This document shows, in pieces, positions 36,773 to 46,842 of a stretch of 64,000 nucleotides of DNA. The notes below the pieces were generated by a model, which was given only the letters and a program-made list of their open reading frames with translations, had not been told where the DNA came from and made no database searches. A program made the position numbers and the translations under genes. Positions within the stretch are counted from its first letter, which is position 1, and each line of letters begins with the position of its first letter. This DNA is from Longimicrobiales bacterium (GTDB taxonomy: Bacteria > Gemmatimonadota > Gemmatimonadetes > Longimicrobiales > Gaopeijiaceae): contig OZ241869.1 of the NCBI GenBank assembly GCA_965202805.1, forward strand, positions 3,648,001 to 3,712,000, given 5' to 3'.

Positions 36773-39562
36773 TCACAAATTCAGCCAGTAGTTCACCTTG
36801 ACCAGGAAGATGTTGTCGGGCCGAATGCGCACCAGCTCGCCGGCGTCGTAGCGGAAGTCGAAGTGGCCGATGCCGTCGGACGCGAGCGGGTCCCAGGCAT
36901 CCCGCAGCGCGCGGTGGTAGCGGCGCTGCTGCCACACCAGGAACAGCGTCGATCCGGGGCTCCACTCCCAGCGCAGGACGGCGTTGCCGCGCAGGCTGCG
37001 CACGTTGAAATCCCGGTCGTGGATGGTGATTTCAGGAGCTGCGCCGGCCCCGTCGGGATCGATCAGGAAGCCGCCGCTCTCCAGCCGGTACATCGTGCCG
37101 GCGTCTTCGCCGTAGCGCAGGAAGTCGAAGGTTCCCGGCGTCCGGAATTCCTTCAGGCCCCCGTAGTCGCCGCTGGAGATGAGGGGCTGGGCGTAGACCT
37201 GCAGCGTCAGCGTGGGCGAGAAGGTGACGTTCAGCCGGGTGTCCAGCGACAGCGTGGTCTGGTCGATGGGGGCGAAGATGTAGCGATGGCCGAAGGTGGC
37301 GGTGGCCAGCGGGTCGGTGCGCGAGGTCACGTACTGCGCCTCGGCATAGCTCTGCGTGAGCCTGGGGCCCAGATGCAGCTCCAGCTTTTCGCCCGACTTG
37401 TAGGTGACGTTCAGCGATCCGGTGTGGCTCCACGATCCGGCTTCGTCGAAGGCCCAGTTGTAGCTGGCCCGGCCGCTCACGGGCTGCCGCGAATCGGAAG
37501 AGAGGTTTGCGTTGCCCGCGTAGTACCGGGGATCGCGGGCGAGCGGGCCGCCTCGGGTGAGGCGGTCGTTGTCGGTGGGGGCCCGGATGACCCCGCGGAC
37601 CGAGCCGCCCCAGTAGTTCAGCCACTGCCAGTTCAGGTTGACGTTGAACTCCGAGTGCAGGCGGTCGCCCGCCGTGTTCCACTTGCCGTCCGGGCCGCCG
37701 GAGACCGACCAGTTGCGCAGCCAGGTCCCCGGGCGCGGCTGGCGCCAGGTGAGGTGGGTGTCGAGCATGATCCGGTCGGCTTCGGTCTGGAAGCCGATGT
37801 CGTTGACCTCGTAGCCGGGGCTGATGCTCGCCATGGCGATGCGCGCCGTGAACGACCCCGACTGCTTGTTGACGTCGAACATGGCGTAGTGGCCGCCCAG
37901 CGAGGTGGCGTGGGGGTCCAGGACGCGGTTGTCGTCGGGGCGCTGGAAGTACCGGGCCGAAGAATGCTGTGTGCGCAGGATGGCCGCCTCGCTGCCGGAG
38001 ACGAGGCTGCGGGAGAAGGCGCCGTTGATGCGCCACGAACGGTCATTCCACTCGTGGATGAAGTCCACCCCGGCGACGTAGGCCGATGAATGCAGCCGGT
38101 CGTGCAGGGTGCTGCCCGAGAGGCTCCGGTTGACGGCGGTGGCCATGGCGCCCAGCTGCGTGAGGCCGTCCCGCAGGTCGCGCCGCAGCCGTCCCGCCAG
38201 GTAGTTGGTGGCGGGTTCGAGTTCGGCTTCGCCGCGGATCCCGCCGGCGTCCACGTAGGGAGCCATCTCGCGGCCGGTCACGGCCTCCAGCAGCCCCACC
38301 GACCAGCCGTCGCCCACCTTCCCGGTGACCTTGGCGGCCCCGAGGATGGTGGTCGAGGTCGGCGCGTCCGAGAATACCGCGCCCGCCGCCATCGGTCCCT
38401 GCGGCCGGCGGCCGATGCGCCGCGAGTACATGACCGTCGGCGGGCGCCCGGTGCTGCCCCCCGGTCCGCCGCGCGCGAACTGGAAGATCTCCCCGCCCTC
38501 CACGAAGAAGGGGCGCCGCTCGTCGAAGCGCGTCTCGAAGGCGGTGAGGTTGATCACCGCCGGGTCCACCTCGACCTGGCCGAAGTCGGGGTTGACGGTG
38601 GCGTCCAGGGTGAGGTTCGAGCCCAGCCGGTACTTGAGGTCGGCGCCCGCACGTCCGAAGTAGTCGGAACCCGAGCGGAACGGGTTGTCGAACGAGACGT
38701 CGGCCGGCGCCGTCCGGCGAATGTACTCGGCGCTCAGCCCGGCGTAGGGCAGGATCTCCAGCCGGCGTCCGGAAGCGACGCCCTCGATTCCGGCGAGGTG
38801 CCCGAATCGCGCCACGCCGCCGGGTTCCAGCTTGGGCGTGAAGGAGAAGACGGCGCGCTCCTGGTTGCGATTGATGGTGCGCTCGATCTGGAGACCCCAC
38901 AGCTGGTCGGGGGCGGTGCTGAAGCGCAGCTGGCTGAAGGGAATGCGCATCTCCACGTACCAGCCCTCGTCCGTGACCGAGGTGGCGACATCCCAGACCG
39001 GGTCCCAGGAACCGTCCCCGCGGCCGTCACCTCTCCCTCCCCCGAAGATGCCGGAGCCGCCGCTCAGGACTTCGTCGCGCTTCATCCCCGAGGGATTGGT
39101 CGAGAAGCGATACGCGGTGCGGTGATCGTGGTAGCTGTCCACGGTCACCGTGAAGAAGTCCGAGTCGGGTACGCCCGCGTCCCGGCGGGCGAGCCGGGTG
39201 GTGACCGGAGCCGAGTCCAGCAGCCGTGCGCCCACGTAGAGCGCGTCGTCGTCGTACAGGAAGCGGACCTCCGTACGCTCGCTGACGGGGTAGCCCTCGT
39301 CCGGGTCCACCTGGGTGAACTCCGTCACCGGCCCGGCGTCGGCCCACGGCGCCTCCGCCAGTCGGCCATCGATGCGGATGTCCGTGGGCGTCCGGACGGC
39401 GCGCGCCTCCGGGGCTTCGTTGTGGGGAACCACGGCAAGGGCCGGCACCCCGCCGCCGTCGTTCTGCTGGGCGGCCAGCGACACAGGTACGAGGACGAGC
39501 GCGAGGGAGGCGGCCAGCGAACGGACCCAAAGGGAAAGGGAGGGGCGGACGCCGCCCGGCAT
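36773..39562 (-). CDS. CBM9-like + DUF5916 outer-membrane beta-barrel protein
   Basis: Signal peptide; IDGRLAEAPW, EMRIPFSQLRF, TVNPDFGQVEVD, ERRPFFVEG, YSRRIG; C-terminal KVNYWLNL. The upstream part of the 1191-aa ORF is a shadow of the next gene. Confidence 0.85.
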   Translation of the reverse strand: MPGGVRPSLSLWVRSLAASLALVLVPVSLAAQQNDGGGVPALAVVPHNEAPEARAVRTPTDIRIDGRLAEAPWADAGPVTEFTQVDPDEGYPVSERTEVRFLYDDDALYVGARLLDSAPVTTRLARRDAGVPDSDFFTVTVDSYHDHRTAYRFSTNPSGMKRDEVLSGGSGIFGGGRGDGRGDGSWDPVWDVATSVTDEGWYVEMRIPFSQLRFSTAPDQLWGLQIERTINRNQERAVFSFTPKLEPGGVARFGHLAGIEGVASGRRLEILPYAGLSAEYIRRTAPADVSFDNPFRSGSDYFGRAGADLKYRLGSNLTLDATVNPDFGQVEVDPAVINLTAFETRFDERRPFFVEGGEIFQFARGGPGGSTGRPPTVMYSRRIGRRPQGPMAAGAVFSDAPTSTTILGAAKVTGKVGDGWSVGLLEAVTGREMAPYVDAGGIRGEAELEPATNYLAGRLRRDLRDGLTQLGAMATAVNRSLSGSTLHDRLHSSAYVAGVDFIHEWNDRSWRINGAFSRSLVSGSEAAILRTQHSSARYFQRPDDNRVLDPHATSLGGHYAMFDVNKQSGSFTARIAMASISPGYEVNDIGFQTEADRIMLDTHLTWRQPRPGTWLRNWSVSGGPDGKWNTAGDRLHSEFNVNLNWQWLNYWGGSVRGVIRAPTDNDRLTRGGPLARDPRYYAGNANLSSDSRQPVSGRASYNWAFDEAGSWSHTGSLNVTYKSGEKLELHLGPRLTQSYAEAQYVTSRTDPLATATFGHRYIFAPIDQTTLSLDTRLNVTFSPTLTLQVYAQPLISSGDYGGLKEFRTPGTFDFLRYGEDAGTMYRLESGGFLIDPDGAGAAPEITIHDRDFNVRSLRGNAVLRWEWSPGSTLFLVWQQRRYHRALRDAWDPLASDGIGHFDFRYDAGELVRIRPDNIFLVKVNYWLNL

Positions 39563-39588
39563 CCGCGAACCCGTCGCGCCTGAACGGA

Positions 39589-41187
39589 CTACCACCTCCG
39601 GGAGCGCCTCGGCCTCGTGGGACGCCCCGGTTTCACTCGACCTGCCGCCGGGGAAGGGGTGTCGATGCCCGCGAGTTCGAAGTCGTCCAGATAGCGTACC
39701 GAGTCGGGGGCAGATACCGACTTGCGCAGTTCGCGGTCGAAGTTGGCCAGGGCGCGCGCCGATTCCTCCTCGGGGGTGTCCCCGCTCGAGTAGACCACCC
39801 GGCCGACCGAACGCTTGTCGAGGCGGAGGGCGGATCGCACCTCTTCTCCCGCGAGGAAGGCGGAGCGAATCGAGGGGAAGCGATAGGTGATCCGGCCGGA
39901 GTCGGCGGGCTCCACCTCGGCGTCGAATTCGGCGGACATCTTCCGGAGCTGGTTGCGCACGTCGGCCGCGCCTATGTCCGGGTCCACCAGGGCGATGCGC
40001 ACATCGTCCGTGGCGCGCTCCGCCGAGAGGGCGGCTGCGCCCCCGAGGCTCTGCCGGAAGACCATCCCCAGCAGCACCTTGCGCACGTTGCGCAGGCGAC
40101 GGCGGGCGTTCTCGGCCCTGTGGCCGAACCATCGGCCCAGCGGCACCGCGAAGAAGAGCGTGCTGAAGATCGCGGGAACCCAGATCAGGCCGATCTCGGC
40201 CCCCAGTCCGCCCAGCCCCAGCGGTGGGAAGATGAGTACGGGCGCGGTGAGCGCGGCCAGCAGGTTGAAGCCGTTCAGCGAACCGACGAGCACGTTCGTC
40301 CCCGTCTTGTTGCCGGTGAAGTCGGCGGCCTTCTCGAGGCGCTGCCACGCCGGAGCAGGCTCGCGCACCCTCACCCGACCATGCGCGCTCACCAGCAGTT
40401 CGGCGAAGCTGTAGACGAGCTCGCCCTCCCGGGAGACGTGCACGTCGCCGCCGTAGGCTCCCATCAGCCGGCCCATCTCCTCTTCCGCTTCCGCAACCGG
40501 CAACCCGGTGTGGCGCACGAGTTCGGGCACGGTCACGGTGCCCTTGCGCGCCCGGATGAGGCGGATGACGCTGCGGTCGCGGTCGCGCAGTCCGGGGCGC
40601 GGGTGGTCGGGGCCGAAAACGAAGGCGAACACCTTCTTGTAGAAGGGGACCTTCTTCCCGCTCCGGCGCTCGAAGCGGCTGCCGTAGTAGGGTTGGCCCA
40701 GGCGCCAGTCCGGGGTCCAGAGCCAGAACAGGAAGGGGAAATTGAAGCCTCCGCCGCGGTGCCGTCCGCCACCCAGAATGGAGCCTCCGTTGCGGTCGTT
40801 GCCGCGCGAGGCGGCGATCAGGGCGGCGATCAACAGGGTCACGAACACGACGAAGTAGACCACCAGCATGACCACGATCCAGATCTTGAAAGCGGTCTTG
40901 AGCACGCGCGCGGCGGTCGAGCGGAATCGGACCCAGAGGGGCGTGTGGTCGCGCCGCAGAAGGCGGCGCTGGAAGGCGTACACGATGTCGCCCTGTTCGC
41001 CGACTTCGACGTGTCCCTGATAGGTTTCCAGCAGCTTCCTGAGGCCGCTCTCCGCGTCCGCCTGCGCGAGTCCGGTGGCGGCCATGACATCGCCGACCGT
41101 GGCGCGGCCGCGCAGGCGGCGGAGGGCCTGGCGAAGCGAATCGGCGAGTGAGGTGTCGGGACCGGTGGCCGTAGTAGCGGTCGCCAT
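39589..41187 (-). CDS. Conserved hypothetical membrane protein (At5g03900-like) with three winged-helix-like modules
   Basis: RATVGDV..GL....A...L..L....GHVEV...GDIVYAF; VFAFVFG; FFAVPL.RWF...EN..R.LRN; 3 TM segments. Confidence 0.6.
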   Translation of the reverse strand: MATATTATGPDTSLADSLRQALRRLRGRATVGDVMAATGLAQADAESGLRKLLETYQGHVEVGEQGDIVYAFQRRLLRRDHTPLWVRFRSTAARVLKTAFKIWIVVMLVVYFVVFVTLLIAALIAASRGNDRNGGSILGGGRHRGGGFNFPFLFWLWTPDWRLGQPYYGSRFERRSGKKVPFYKKVFAFVFGPDHPRPGLRDRDRSVIRLIRARKGTVTVPELVRHTGLPVAEAEEEMGRLMGAYGGDVHVSREGELVYSFAELLVSAHGRVRVREPAPAWQRLEKAADFTGNKTGTNVLVGSLNGFNLLAALTAPVLIFPPLGLGGLGAEIGLIWVPAIFSTLFFAVPLGRWFGHRAENARRRLRNVRKVLLGMVFRQSLGGAAALSAERATDDVRIALVDPDIGAADVRNQLRKMSAEFDAEVEPADSGRITYRFPSIRSAFLAGEEVRSALRLDKRSVGRVVYSSGDTPEEESARALANFDRELRKSVSAPDSVRYLDDFELAGIDTPSPAAGRVKPGRPTRPRRSRRW

Positions 41188-41381
41188 CGTGTCGCGTCCG
41201 GTGTTTCGAGGTTCGCAGGGTCGCGGGTTCAGCGCGCGATTCTTGTCAACGGGGCTACGTACTCTAATCTATCCCGTGTTTCGGTACAGGCGAACGCTGC
41301 GCGGAGATGCAGGGTATCCGGCCGGGACGCGCGGAAGGGCAAGCGGGACAACGGGAACGACAAACGACAAGGCGAGGCGGG

Positions 41382-43517
41382 ATGCTCGAACTACAGCGAC
41401 GCTTCCGGCGAGGGAGAGTCCTCCCCCGCGCGGCTGCCCTTTGCGGCGTCCTCGCCGTGGGGTGCGACCGGGGAGGGGATGCGGGGAATCTGCGGCTGCT
41501 CGCCGGGAGCGAGGAGATACTGCACCGCGTCCTCGAGACCGAGGACTCCCGTTCGCAGGACCCCGCCGCGCACTTCGCGTTGCTGGAGGGCATCTCCTGG
41601 CCCGACCCGGAGGTGCAGCGGATCGCCGTGCGCGCGCTGGGGCGCCAGGAGGATCCCTCGGTTCTGGTGGACATCGGATCCATGCTGGAGAGCTCGTACG
41701 CCGATGTTCGGGCCGAGGCCGTCAACGCCATCGCCCAGGCCGTTGCCGGCGGCGAGCCCCGCCGGGCCATGCTCACGCTGATGAACTACCTGCCGCACGA
41801 GAGGGAGCCGGAGGTCCGCGGCGCGGTGCTCGAGGCGCTGGGCCGGCTCCCGTACCGGAATCCCGATGAGGTGGGGCAGGTCTACGACCTGCTGCTCCAG
41901 AACCTGGTAGCGGGGCTGGCCGGAGGCGGCTCCGTCTCCGTGCGGAGGCTGCCCCATCCCGTCATCCTCGGCGGGGCGCGCGCGCTGGAGAACCTGGTTC
42001 GCACGCAGTCGCAGCATGCGCCTGCCCCGCCCGTGCTGGCCGCGCTCGCGCAGCTGGCCGGCTATCGGGGGGGGGACGGCGAGGAGAGCGCGCAGGTGCG
42101 CCGGCTCGCCCTGGCGGGACTGGTCGGTGCGGGGAGACCCACCGACGACGTGGTCGCGGCCGCGCTGGCCGACGAGGACGCGCAGGTGCGCCGCCTGGCC
42201 GTGCTGGCCATCGGGGAGGGCGCGCTCGATGAGGTGCGGCCCCCCCTCGCGCGGGCGCTCGCCGACGCCAGTCACCTGGTGCGGGTGGAGGCCGTGCGGG
42301 CCCTGAGCGAACGGCTGGACGGGAGCCAGGCCTGCGCGGAGCTGGTGGCGCTGCTGCCGGATTCCAGCGCGCACGTGGCCCTCGAGGCCATCGGCCGCCT
42401 CGCCGGTTGTCCGCCGGAGACCGCCCTGGCGCCTCTCGATGCACTCGTCCTGCGGGTCGATTCCGTCTCGGCGGGCGACTGGCACCGGGCGGCGCACAGC
42501 CTGGTGGCGCTGGCCGGCGTGTCCCCCTTCACGGCCCGCCGCCGGCTGCCGGCGTACTCGGCTCATCCGGTCTGGCAGATGCGGATGTACGCCGCGCGCG
42601 CCGCCGCCCGGCTGGAGCTCCTGCCGAGCCTGTATGCGCTGGCCGGCGACGAGCACTGGAACGTGCGTGAAGCGGCCATCGCCGGGCTCGCGCCGCTGGT
42701 GGGCCACGATGCCGACTCGGTCTATCTCGACGCCCTGGGCGCGGACGACCCCCAGCTGGTGCTGACGGCGAGTCGTTCGCTGGCCGGAAGCGCGCATCCG
42801 GAGGTGCTGCCGGCCGCCTTCGATGCCCTCGAGCGCATGAGTGCCGGCCAAAGGGAGACGCACCGGGACGTGCGCCTGGAACTCCTGCAGAGAATACGGG
42901 AGTCGGGTTCCTTGGAGGACCTCGATCGCGTGCAGCCCTACATGGAAGACTACGATCCGGTCGTCGCGCGGATCGCCGAGTTCCTCCGCAACGAGTGGAC
43001 CGGAAGCGACCTTCGCTGGGCTCGCCCGTCGCCCCCGGAGCGCGCGCCCATGCCAACCTTGGCGGAGATGCGCGAGATGGCCGCTTCGCGGGCCGTGATC
43101 CGCATGGCCGGGGGCGGCGAGATCGTCCTCGCGCTTCTCCCGTTCGAGTCACCCGCCAACACGGCGCGCTTCGTCCGTCTGGCGCGCGAAGGATACTTCG
43201 ATGGCCTCACCTTCCACCGGATGGTCCCCAACTTCGTCATCCAGGGAGGCAGCCCGGGGGCGAACGAGTACTACGGGGACGGACCATATACCCGCGACGA
43301 ACTGACCATGCGCTCGCACCTGCGGGGCACCGTCGGCATCTCGACGCGAGGGCGCGATACGGGTGACGGCCAGATCTTCGTCAACCTGGTGGACAACCCC
43401 CGTCTCGACCACAACTACACCATCATCGCCCGGGTGGTGGAAGGGATGGAGGTCGTCGACGGCGTGCTGGAGGGGGCCGTGATGGAAGAAGTGACCGTCC
43501 CGGCATCTCCCGAGTAG
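41382..43517 (+). CDS. HEAT-repeat lipoprotein with C-terminal cyclophilin-type PPIase domain
   Basis: Lipobox LAVGC; repeated D....VR..A..ALG units; YFDGLTFHRMVPNFVIQGG, RGTVG, PRLDHNYT. Confidence 0.85.
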   Translation: MLELQRRFRRGRVLPRAAALCGVLAVGCDRGGDAGNLRLLAGSEEILHRVLETEDSRSQDPAAHFALLEGISWPDPEVQRIAVRALGRQEDPSVLVDIGSMLESSYADVRAEAVNAIAQAVAGGEPRRAMLTLMNYLPHEREPEVRGAVLEALGRLPYRNPDEVGQVYDLLLQNLVAGLAGGGSVSVRRLPHPVILGGARALENLVRTQSQHAPAPPVLAALAQLAGYRGGDGEESAQVRRLALAGLVGAGRPTDDVVAAALADEDAQVRRLAVLAIGEGALDEVRPPLARALADASHLVRVEAVRALSERLDGSQACAELVALLPDSSAHVALEAIGRLAGCPPETALAPLDALVLRVDSVSAGDWHRAAHSLVALAGVSPFTARRRLPAYSAHPVWQMRMYAARAAARLELLPSLYALAGDEHWNVREAAIAGLAPLVGHDADSVYLDALGADDPQLVLTASRSLAGSAHPEVLPAAFDALERMSAGQRETHRDVRLELLQRIRESGSLEDLDRVQPYMEDYDPVVARIAEFLRNEWTGSDLRWARPSPPERAPMPTLAEMREMAASRAVIRMAGGGEIVLALLPFESPANTARFVRLAREGYFDGLTFHRMVPNFVIQGGSPGANEYYGDGPYTRDELTMRSHLRGTVGISTRGRDTGDGQIFVNLVDNPRLDHNYTIIARVVEGMEVVDGVLEGAVMEEVTVPASPE

Positions 43518-43564
43518 ACCGCCACCGCACAACCCGATCCCCGCTCACCCGCGAGACCAGCCTC

Positions 43565-44542
43565 ATGTCCGAGCGCACCATCCTCTATCTGTCCCGTGCC
43601 CACGTCGAGCACGTCGGGGTCTCCATGGCGGAGATCATCGACGCGCTGGAGTTCATGTTCCGGGAGAAGGCGGCGGGACGCGTGGAGATGCCGCCCAAGC
43701 CGGGCATCCATCCGCGGCCGGACTCCTTCCTCCACGCGATGCCGGCGTACGTCGAGCGTCAGGACGCCGCCGGGATCAAGTGGGTTTCCGCCTATCCGGG
43801 CAATCCCGCGCACGGACTTCCCTATATCAGCGGGCTGATCCTGCTGAACGATCCGGACACGGGGCTGCCGCTCGCGGCGATGGATGCGACCTGGATCACG
43901 GCCATGCGCACCGGTGCCGCGTCCGCGCTGGCGGGGAAGTACCTCGCGCGCCCGGGTGCCGCGAGCGTCGGCATCGTTGCCTGCGGCGTGCAGGGGCGCA
44001 GCAACCTGGAGGCCTTCTGCACCCTGTTCCCGGTGGAGCGGGTGCACGCCTACGACATCGACGAAGCCGCCCTGCACGCCTATGCCGAGGAGATGGGCGA
44101 GCGCATGGGCGTCGAGGTGCGGCCGGTTGCAACCGTGGCGGAGGCGGTGCGCGGGATGGACATCGTCGTGACCAGCGGCCCCATCCTGCTCGATCCCGAC
44201 CCCGCCATCCCCCCGGGATGGCTCTCGCCCGGCGCCTTCGCATGCCCCCTGGACTTCGACTCCTACTGGCAGGCGGACGCGTTTCGCGAGGCGGACCTGC
44301 TGACCACCGACGATACCGCGCAGTTTTCCTACTACCAGCGCGGGAGCGGCTACTTTCGCGACACGCCCACGCCCCACGCCGAGTTGAGCGAAGTGATCGC
44401 GGGCAAGGCCCGCGGACGTCGCGCGGATGAGGACCGCATCATTGCGATCCACCTGGGGCTGGCGCTCGAGGACATGGCCACGGCGAGGCTCATCTACGAC
44501 AGGGCGCGCGCCGCCGGGATCGGCGTGGAGCTGGAGACGTAG
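43565..44542 (+). CDS. Ornithine cyclodeaminase / mu-crystallin family protein
   Basis: HAMPAY, GIKWVS, ITAMRTGAAS, GVQGR, GLALEDMATA. Confidence 0.88.
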   Translation: MSERTILYLSRAHVEHVGVSMAEIIDALEFMFREKAAGRVEMPPKPGIHPRPDSFLHAMPAYVERQDAAGIKWVSAYPGNPAHGLPYISGLILLNDPDTGLPLAAMDATWITAMRTGAASALAGKYLARPGAASVGIVACGVQGRSNLEAFCTLFPVERVHAYDIDEAALHAYAEEMGERMGVEVRPVATVAEAVRGMDIVVTSGPILLDPDPAIPPGWLSPGAFACPLDFDSYWQADAFREADLLTTDDTAQFSYYQRGSGYFRDTPTPHAELSEVIAGKARGRRADEDRIIAIHLGLALEDMATARLIYDRARAAGIGVELET

Positions 44543-44546
44543 CGGG

Positions 44547-45110
44547 GTGCCGGAGCGCGGCAGAACGGACATCCGCCGCCGGGACCGGGCCCGGGACGAC
44601 GCCTGGACCCGGGACTTCATCCGGCAGGCGCGCGTCGGGGTCCTCGCGATGGCCGGGGGCGGGCAGCCGCTCGTGAACAGCAACCTGTTCGTGTACGACG
44701 CCGGCCGCCACGCCATCTACATACACACCGCGCGCACCGGGCTGACCCGCGACCACCTGTCCCGCGGGGTGCCGGTGTGTTTCTCCGCCTTCGAGATGGG
44801 CCGCCTGCTGCCGGCGGACGAGGCGCTGGAGTTCAGCGTCGAATTCGCCAGCGTGACGGCCTTCGGGACGGGCGGGGTGGTGGAGGATCCCGGGGAGGCC
44901 CGCACGGCGCTGCAGATGCTTCTCGACAAGTACGCCCCCGAGCTGCGGCCGGGCCGCGACTACCGCGCCATCACCGAGGGTGAGTTGAAGCGCACCAGCG
45001 TCTACCGGATCGACATCGAGGAGTGGACCGGGAAGCTCAAGCTGGTGGAAGACGGGTTCCCCGGCGCCTTCCACGTGCCCCCGCCGGAGATCTTTCCGCG
45101 GGCCCGCTGA
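44547..45110 (+). CDS. Pyridoxamine 5'-phosphate oxidase-like (Nim-like) flavin-binding protein
   Basis: IRRRDR, IYIHTARTG, FSVEFASVTAFG, LLDKYAP, EEWTGK. Confidence 0.8.
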   Translation: MPERGRTDIRRRDRARDDAWTRDFIRQARVGVLAMAGGGQPLVNSNLFVYDAGRHAIYIHTARTGLTRDHLSRGVPVCFSAFEMGRLLPADEALEFSVEFASVTAFGTGGVVEDPGEARTALQMLLDKYAPELRPGRDYRAITEGELKRTSVYRIDIEEWTGKLKLVEDGFPGAFHVPPPEIFPRAR

Positions 45111-45145
45111 ACCAGGCCGGCGGCGGGCGATAGCGGTCTGCCGGC

Positions 45146-45685
45146 TCAGGGATCGGCGTGCAGAAACGCGCACAGCGCGAAGACCTCGACATCCAGCTCC
45201 TCCAGGCGCTCCCGCCCGGGGAGTTCGGGCAGGTCGACCACGAAGCCGGCTCCGACCACCTCGCCTCCCATGCCGCGGATCAACTCGATTGAGGCTGCCG
45301 CGCTCCCGCCGGTGGCGACCAGGTCGTCGATGAGCAGGACGCGCATCCCCTCGCGGATCGAGCCGACCTGCATCTCCAGGCGCCCGGTTCCGTACTCGAG
45401 CGCGTAGTCGACGCCCACCACTTCGCCCGGCAGCTTCCCCGCCTTTCTGACGGGCACGAATCCCGCGCCCAGCCGCTGCGCCACCGGGATTCCGAAGATG
45501 AATCCGCGCGCCTCGATCCCGGCCACCGCGTCCGGCGCTTCCGGAGCGAACCTTCGTGTCAGGGCTTCGATAGCCTCTTCGAAACCCTCGGGGTTCTCGA
45601 CCAGTCCCATGACATCGCGAAAGCGGATGCCGGGCCTGGGAAAGTCCGGGACCATGCGGATGAGGGACTTGATGTGGGGCGTCAT
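45146..45685 (-). CDS. apt: Adenine phosphoribosyltransferase
   Basis: IRMVPDFPRPGIRFRD, GIEARGF, RKAGKLP, YALEYG, IDDLVATGGS. Confidence 0.95.
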   Translation of the reverse strand: MTPHIKSLIRMVPDFPRPGIRFRDVMGLVENPEGFEEAIEALTRRFAPEAPDAVAGIEARGFIFGIPVAQRLGAGFVPVRKAGKLPGEVVGVDYALEYGTGRLEMQVGSIREGMRVLLIDDLVATGGSAAASIELIRGMGGEVVGAGFVVDLPELPGRERLEELDVEVFALCAFLHADP

Positions 45686-46842
45686 GAGATTACCGCTCCT
45701 CCCCAGAGCCGTTCCAGGAACCGTTCCCACGGCAATACCCATATGCCGTCGGCCGTGCGCCAGGGCTGGCTCGCGTTGCAGACGACGATGGCGGTTCGGG
45801 GCTTGTGCTCCCCTGCGAACGCCCTGATTCCGCGCAGATCCCTCCCGCCGGGATTCGTGCCGCCCTTCACCTCTATGGCCACGCCGCCCTTTCGGCCCAC
45901 CACGAAGTCGCACTCCAGCCTGGACTTCGTTCGCCAGAAGCGTACCGGGGCGTCCAGTTCGCGGTAGGACCGGAAGGCCAGGATCTCCATGAGGATGAAG
46001 TGCTCCAGAGCGCGTCCGAAATCGGGACCGGCCGGTCGCTCGATCCTCCGTCCCGCCATGCGCCCGGCGACACCAACGTCGAAGAGATAGAACTTGGGCG
46101 CACGGGTGATCACCGCCCGCGAGCGGCGGACGCTGAACGGCTCCACGAACACGCCCACGAGCGTGTCGACCAGTATCTGGAAGTACTCCTTCACGGTCTT
46201 GGAGCTGACGCCGCAGTCCCTGGCGATGTTGCTGTGGTTCACCAGCTCGCCGTGGCTGAACGCCAGAGCATCGAAGAAGCGCGAGAACGCGGGCGCGTTG
46301 CGGGTCAGGCCCTCCTCCAGCACCTCCTCCTTGAGGTAGTCGTCCACATAGCCCGACAGAATGCGCCGGGGCCGGGGCGAGTCGTAATGGGAGGGCAGGA
46401 GCCCGTGGTTCAGAGCGCGCAGGAGGTTGAAGCCGGGCACCTCGGGCCAGGTCAGTGGATGAAGCGCGAAGCTCCATGCCCGCCCACCCAGCAGGTTGGC
46501 TCTTCCCCTTCTCAGCTTTCTGGCGCTGGACCCGCACAGGATGAAGCCGAGGCCGTCGTCCTCGATCAGCCGGTGCACCTCGTCCAGCAGCGCCGGGACC
46601 TTCTGAACCTCGTCGACGAGAATGGGGCGGCTGCGTTGCTCGGCACGAAGGGCCCGGACACGTTCGGCGAAGGTCCACGGTGCGCGCGTGAGTTCCAGCA
46701 TGAGTCTGGTGTCGAGCAGGTCGAAGCGCGCCGAGAGCGGAAAGCGCCGCTTGAGCAGGGTGGACTTGCCGGTCTTGCGCGCACCCCACAGAAACGCGGA
46801 TTGGCCGCGCGGCAAGCCAATGTCAAGTTCGCGACAGTACAT
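45682..46842 (-). CDS. AAA_14 ATPase with DUF4143 / PD-(D/E)xK-like C-terminus (paralogue 2)
   Basis: GARKTGKS, LVDEVQK, GSSARKL, KFYLFDVG, ECDFVV...AIEVK. Confidence 0.88.
   Translation of the reverse strand: MYCRELDIGLPRGQSAFLWGARKTGKSTLLKRRFPLSARFDLLDTRLMLELTRAPWTFAERVRALRAEQRSRPILVDEVQKVPALLDEVHRLIEDDGLGFILCGSSARKLRRGRANLLGGRAWSFALHPLTWPEVPGFNLLRALNHGLLPSHYDSPRPRRILSGYVDDYLKEEVLEEGLTRNAPAFSRFFDALAFSHGELVNHSNIARDCGVSSKTVKEYFQILVDTLVGVFVEPFSVRRSRAVITRAPKFYLFDVGVAGRMAGRRIERPAGPDFGRALEHFILMEILAFRSYRELDAPVRFWRTKSRLECDFVVGRKGGVAIEVKGGTNPGGRDLRGIRAFAGEHKPRTAIVVCNASQPWRTADGIWVLPWERFLERLWGGAVIS

Noticed and set aside
36773..40348. Apparent 1191-aa protein
   Set aside because: The first 262 codons overlap the 39589-41187 gene in another frame. 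The signal peptide starts near 39562.
41243..41270. TTGTCA-N16-TAATCT promoter candidate for the HEAT-PPIase gene
   Set aside because: Plausible, but the spacing is suboptimal and there is no other support.
45146..46789. Apparent 547-aa Apt fusion
   Set aside because: The upstream part is an alternate frame of the AAA_14 gene; Apt homology starts at 45685.
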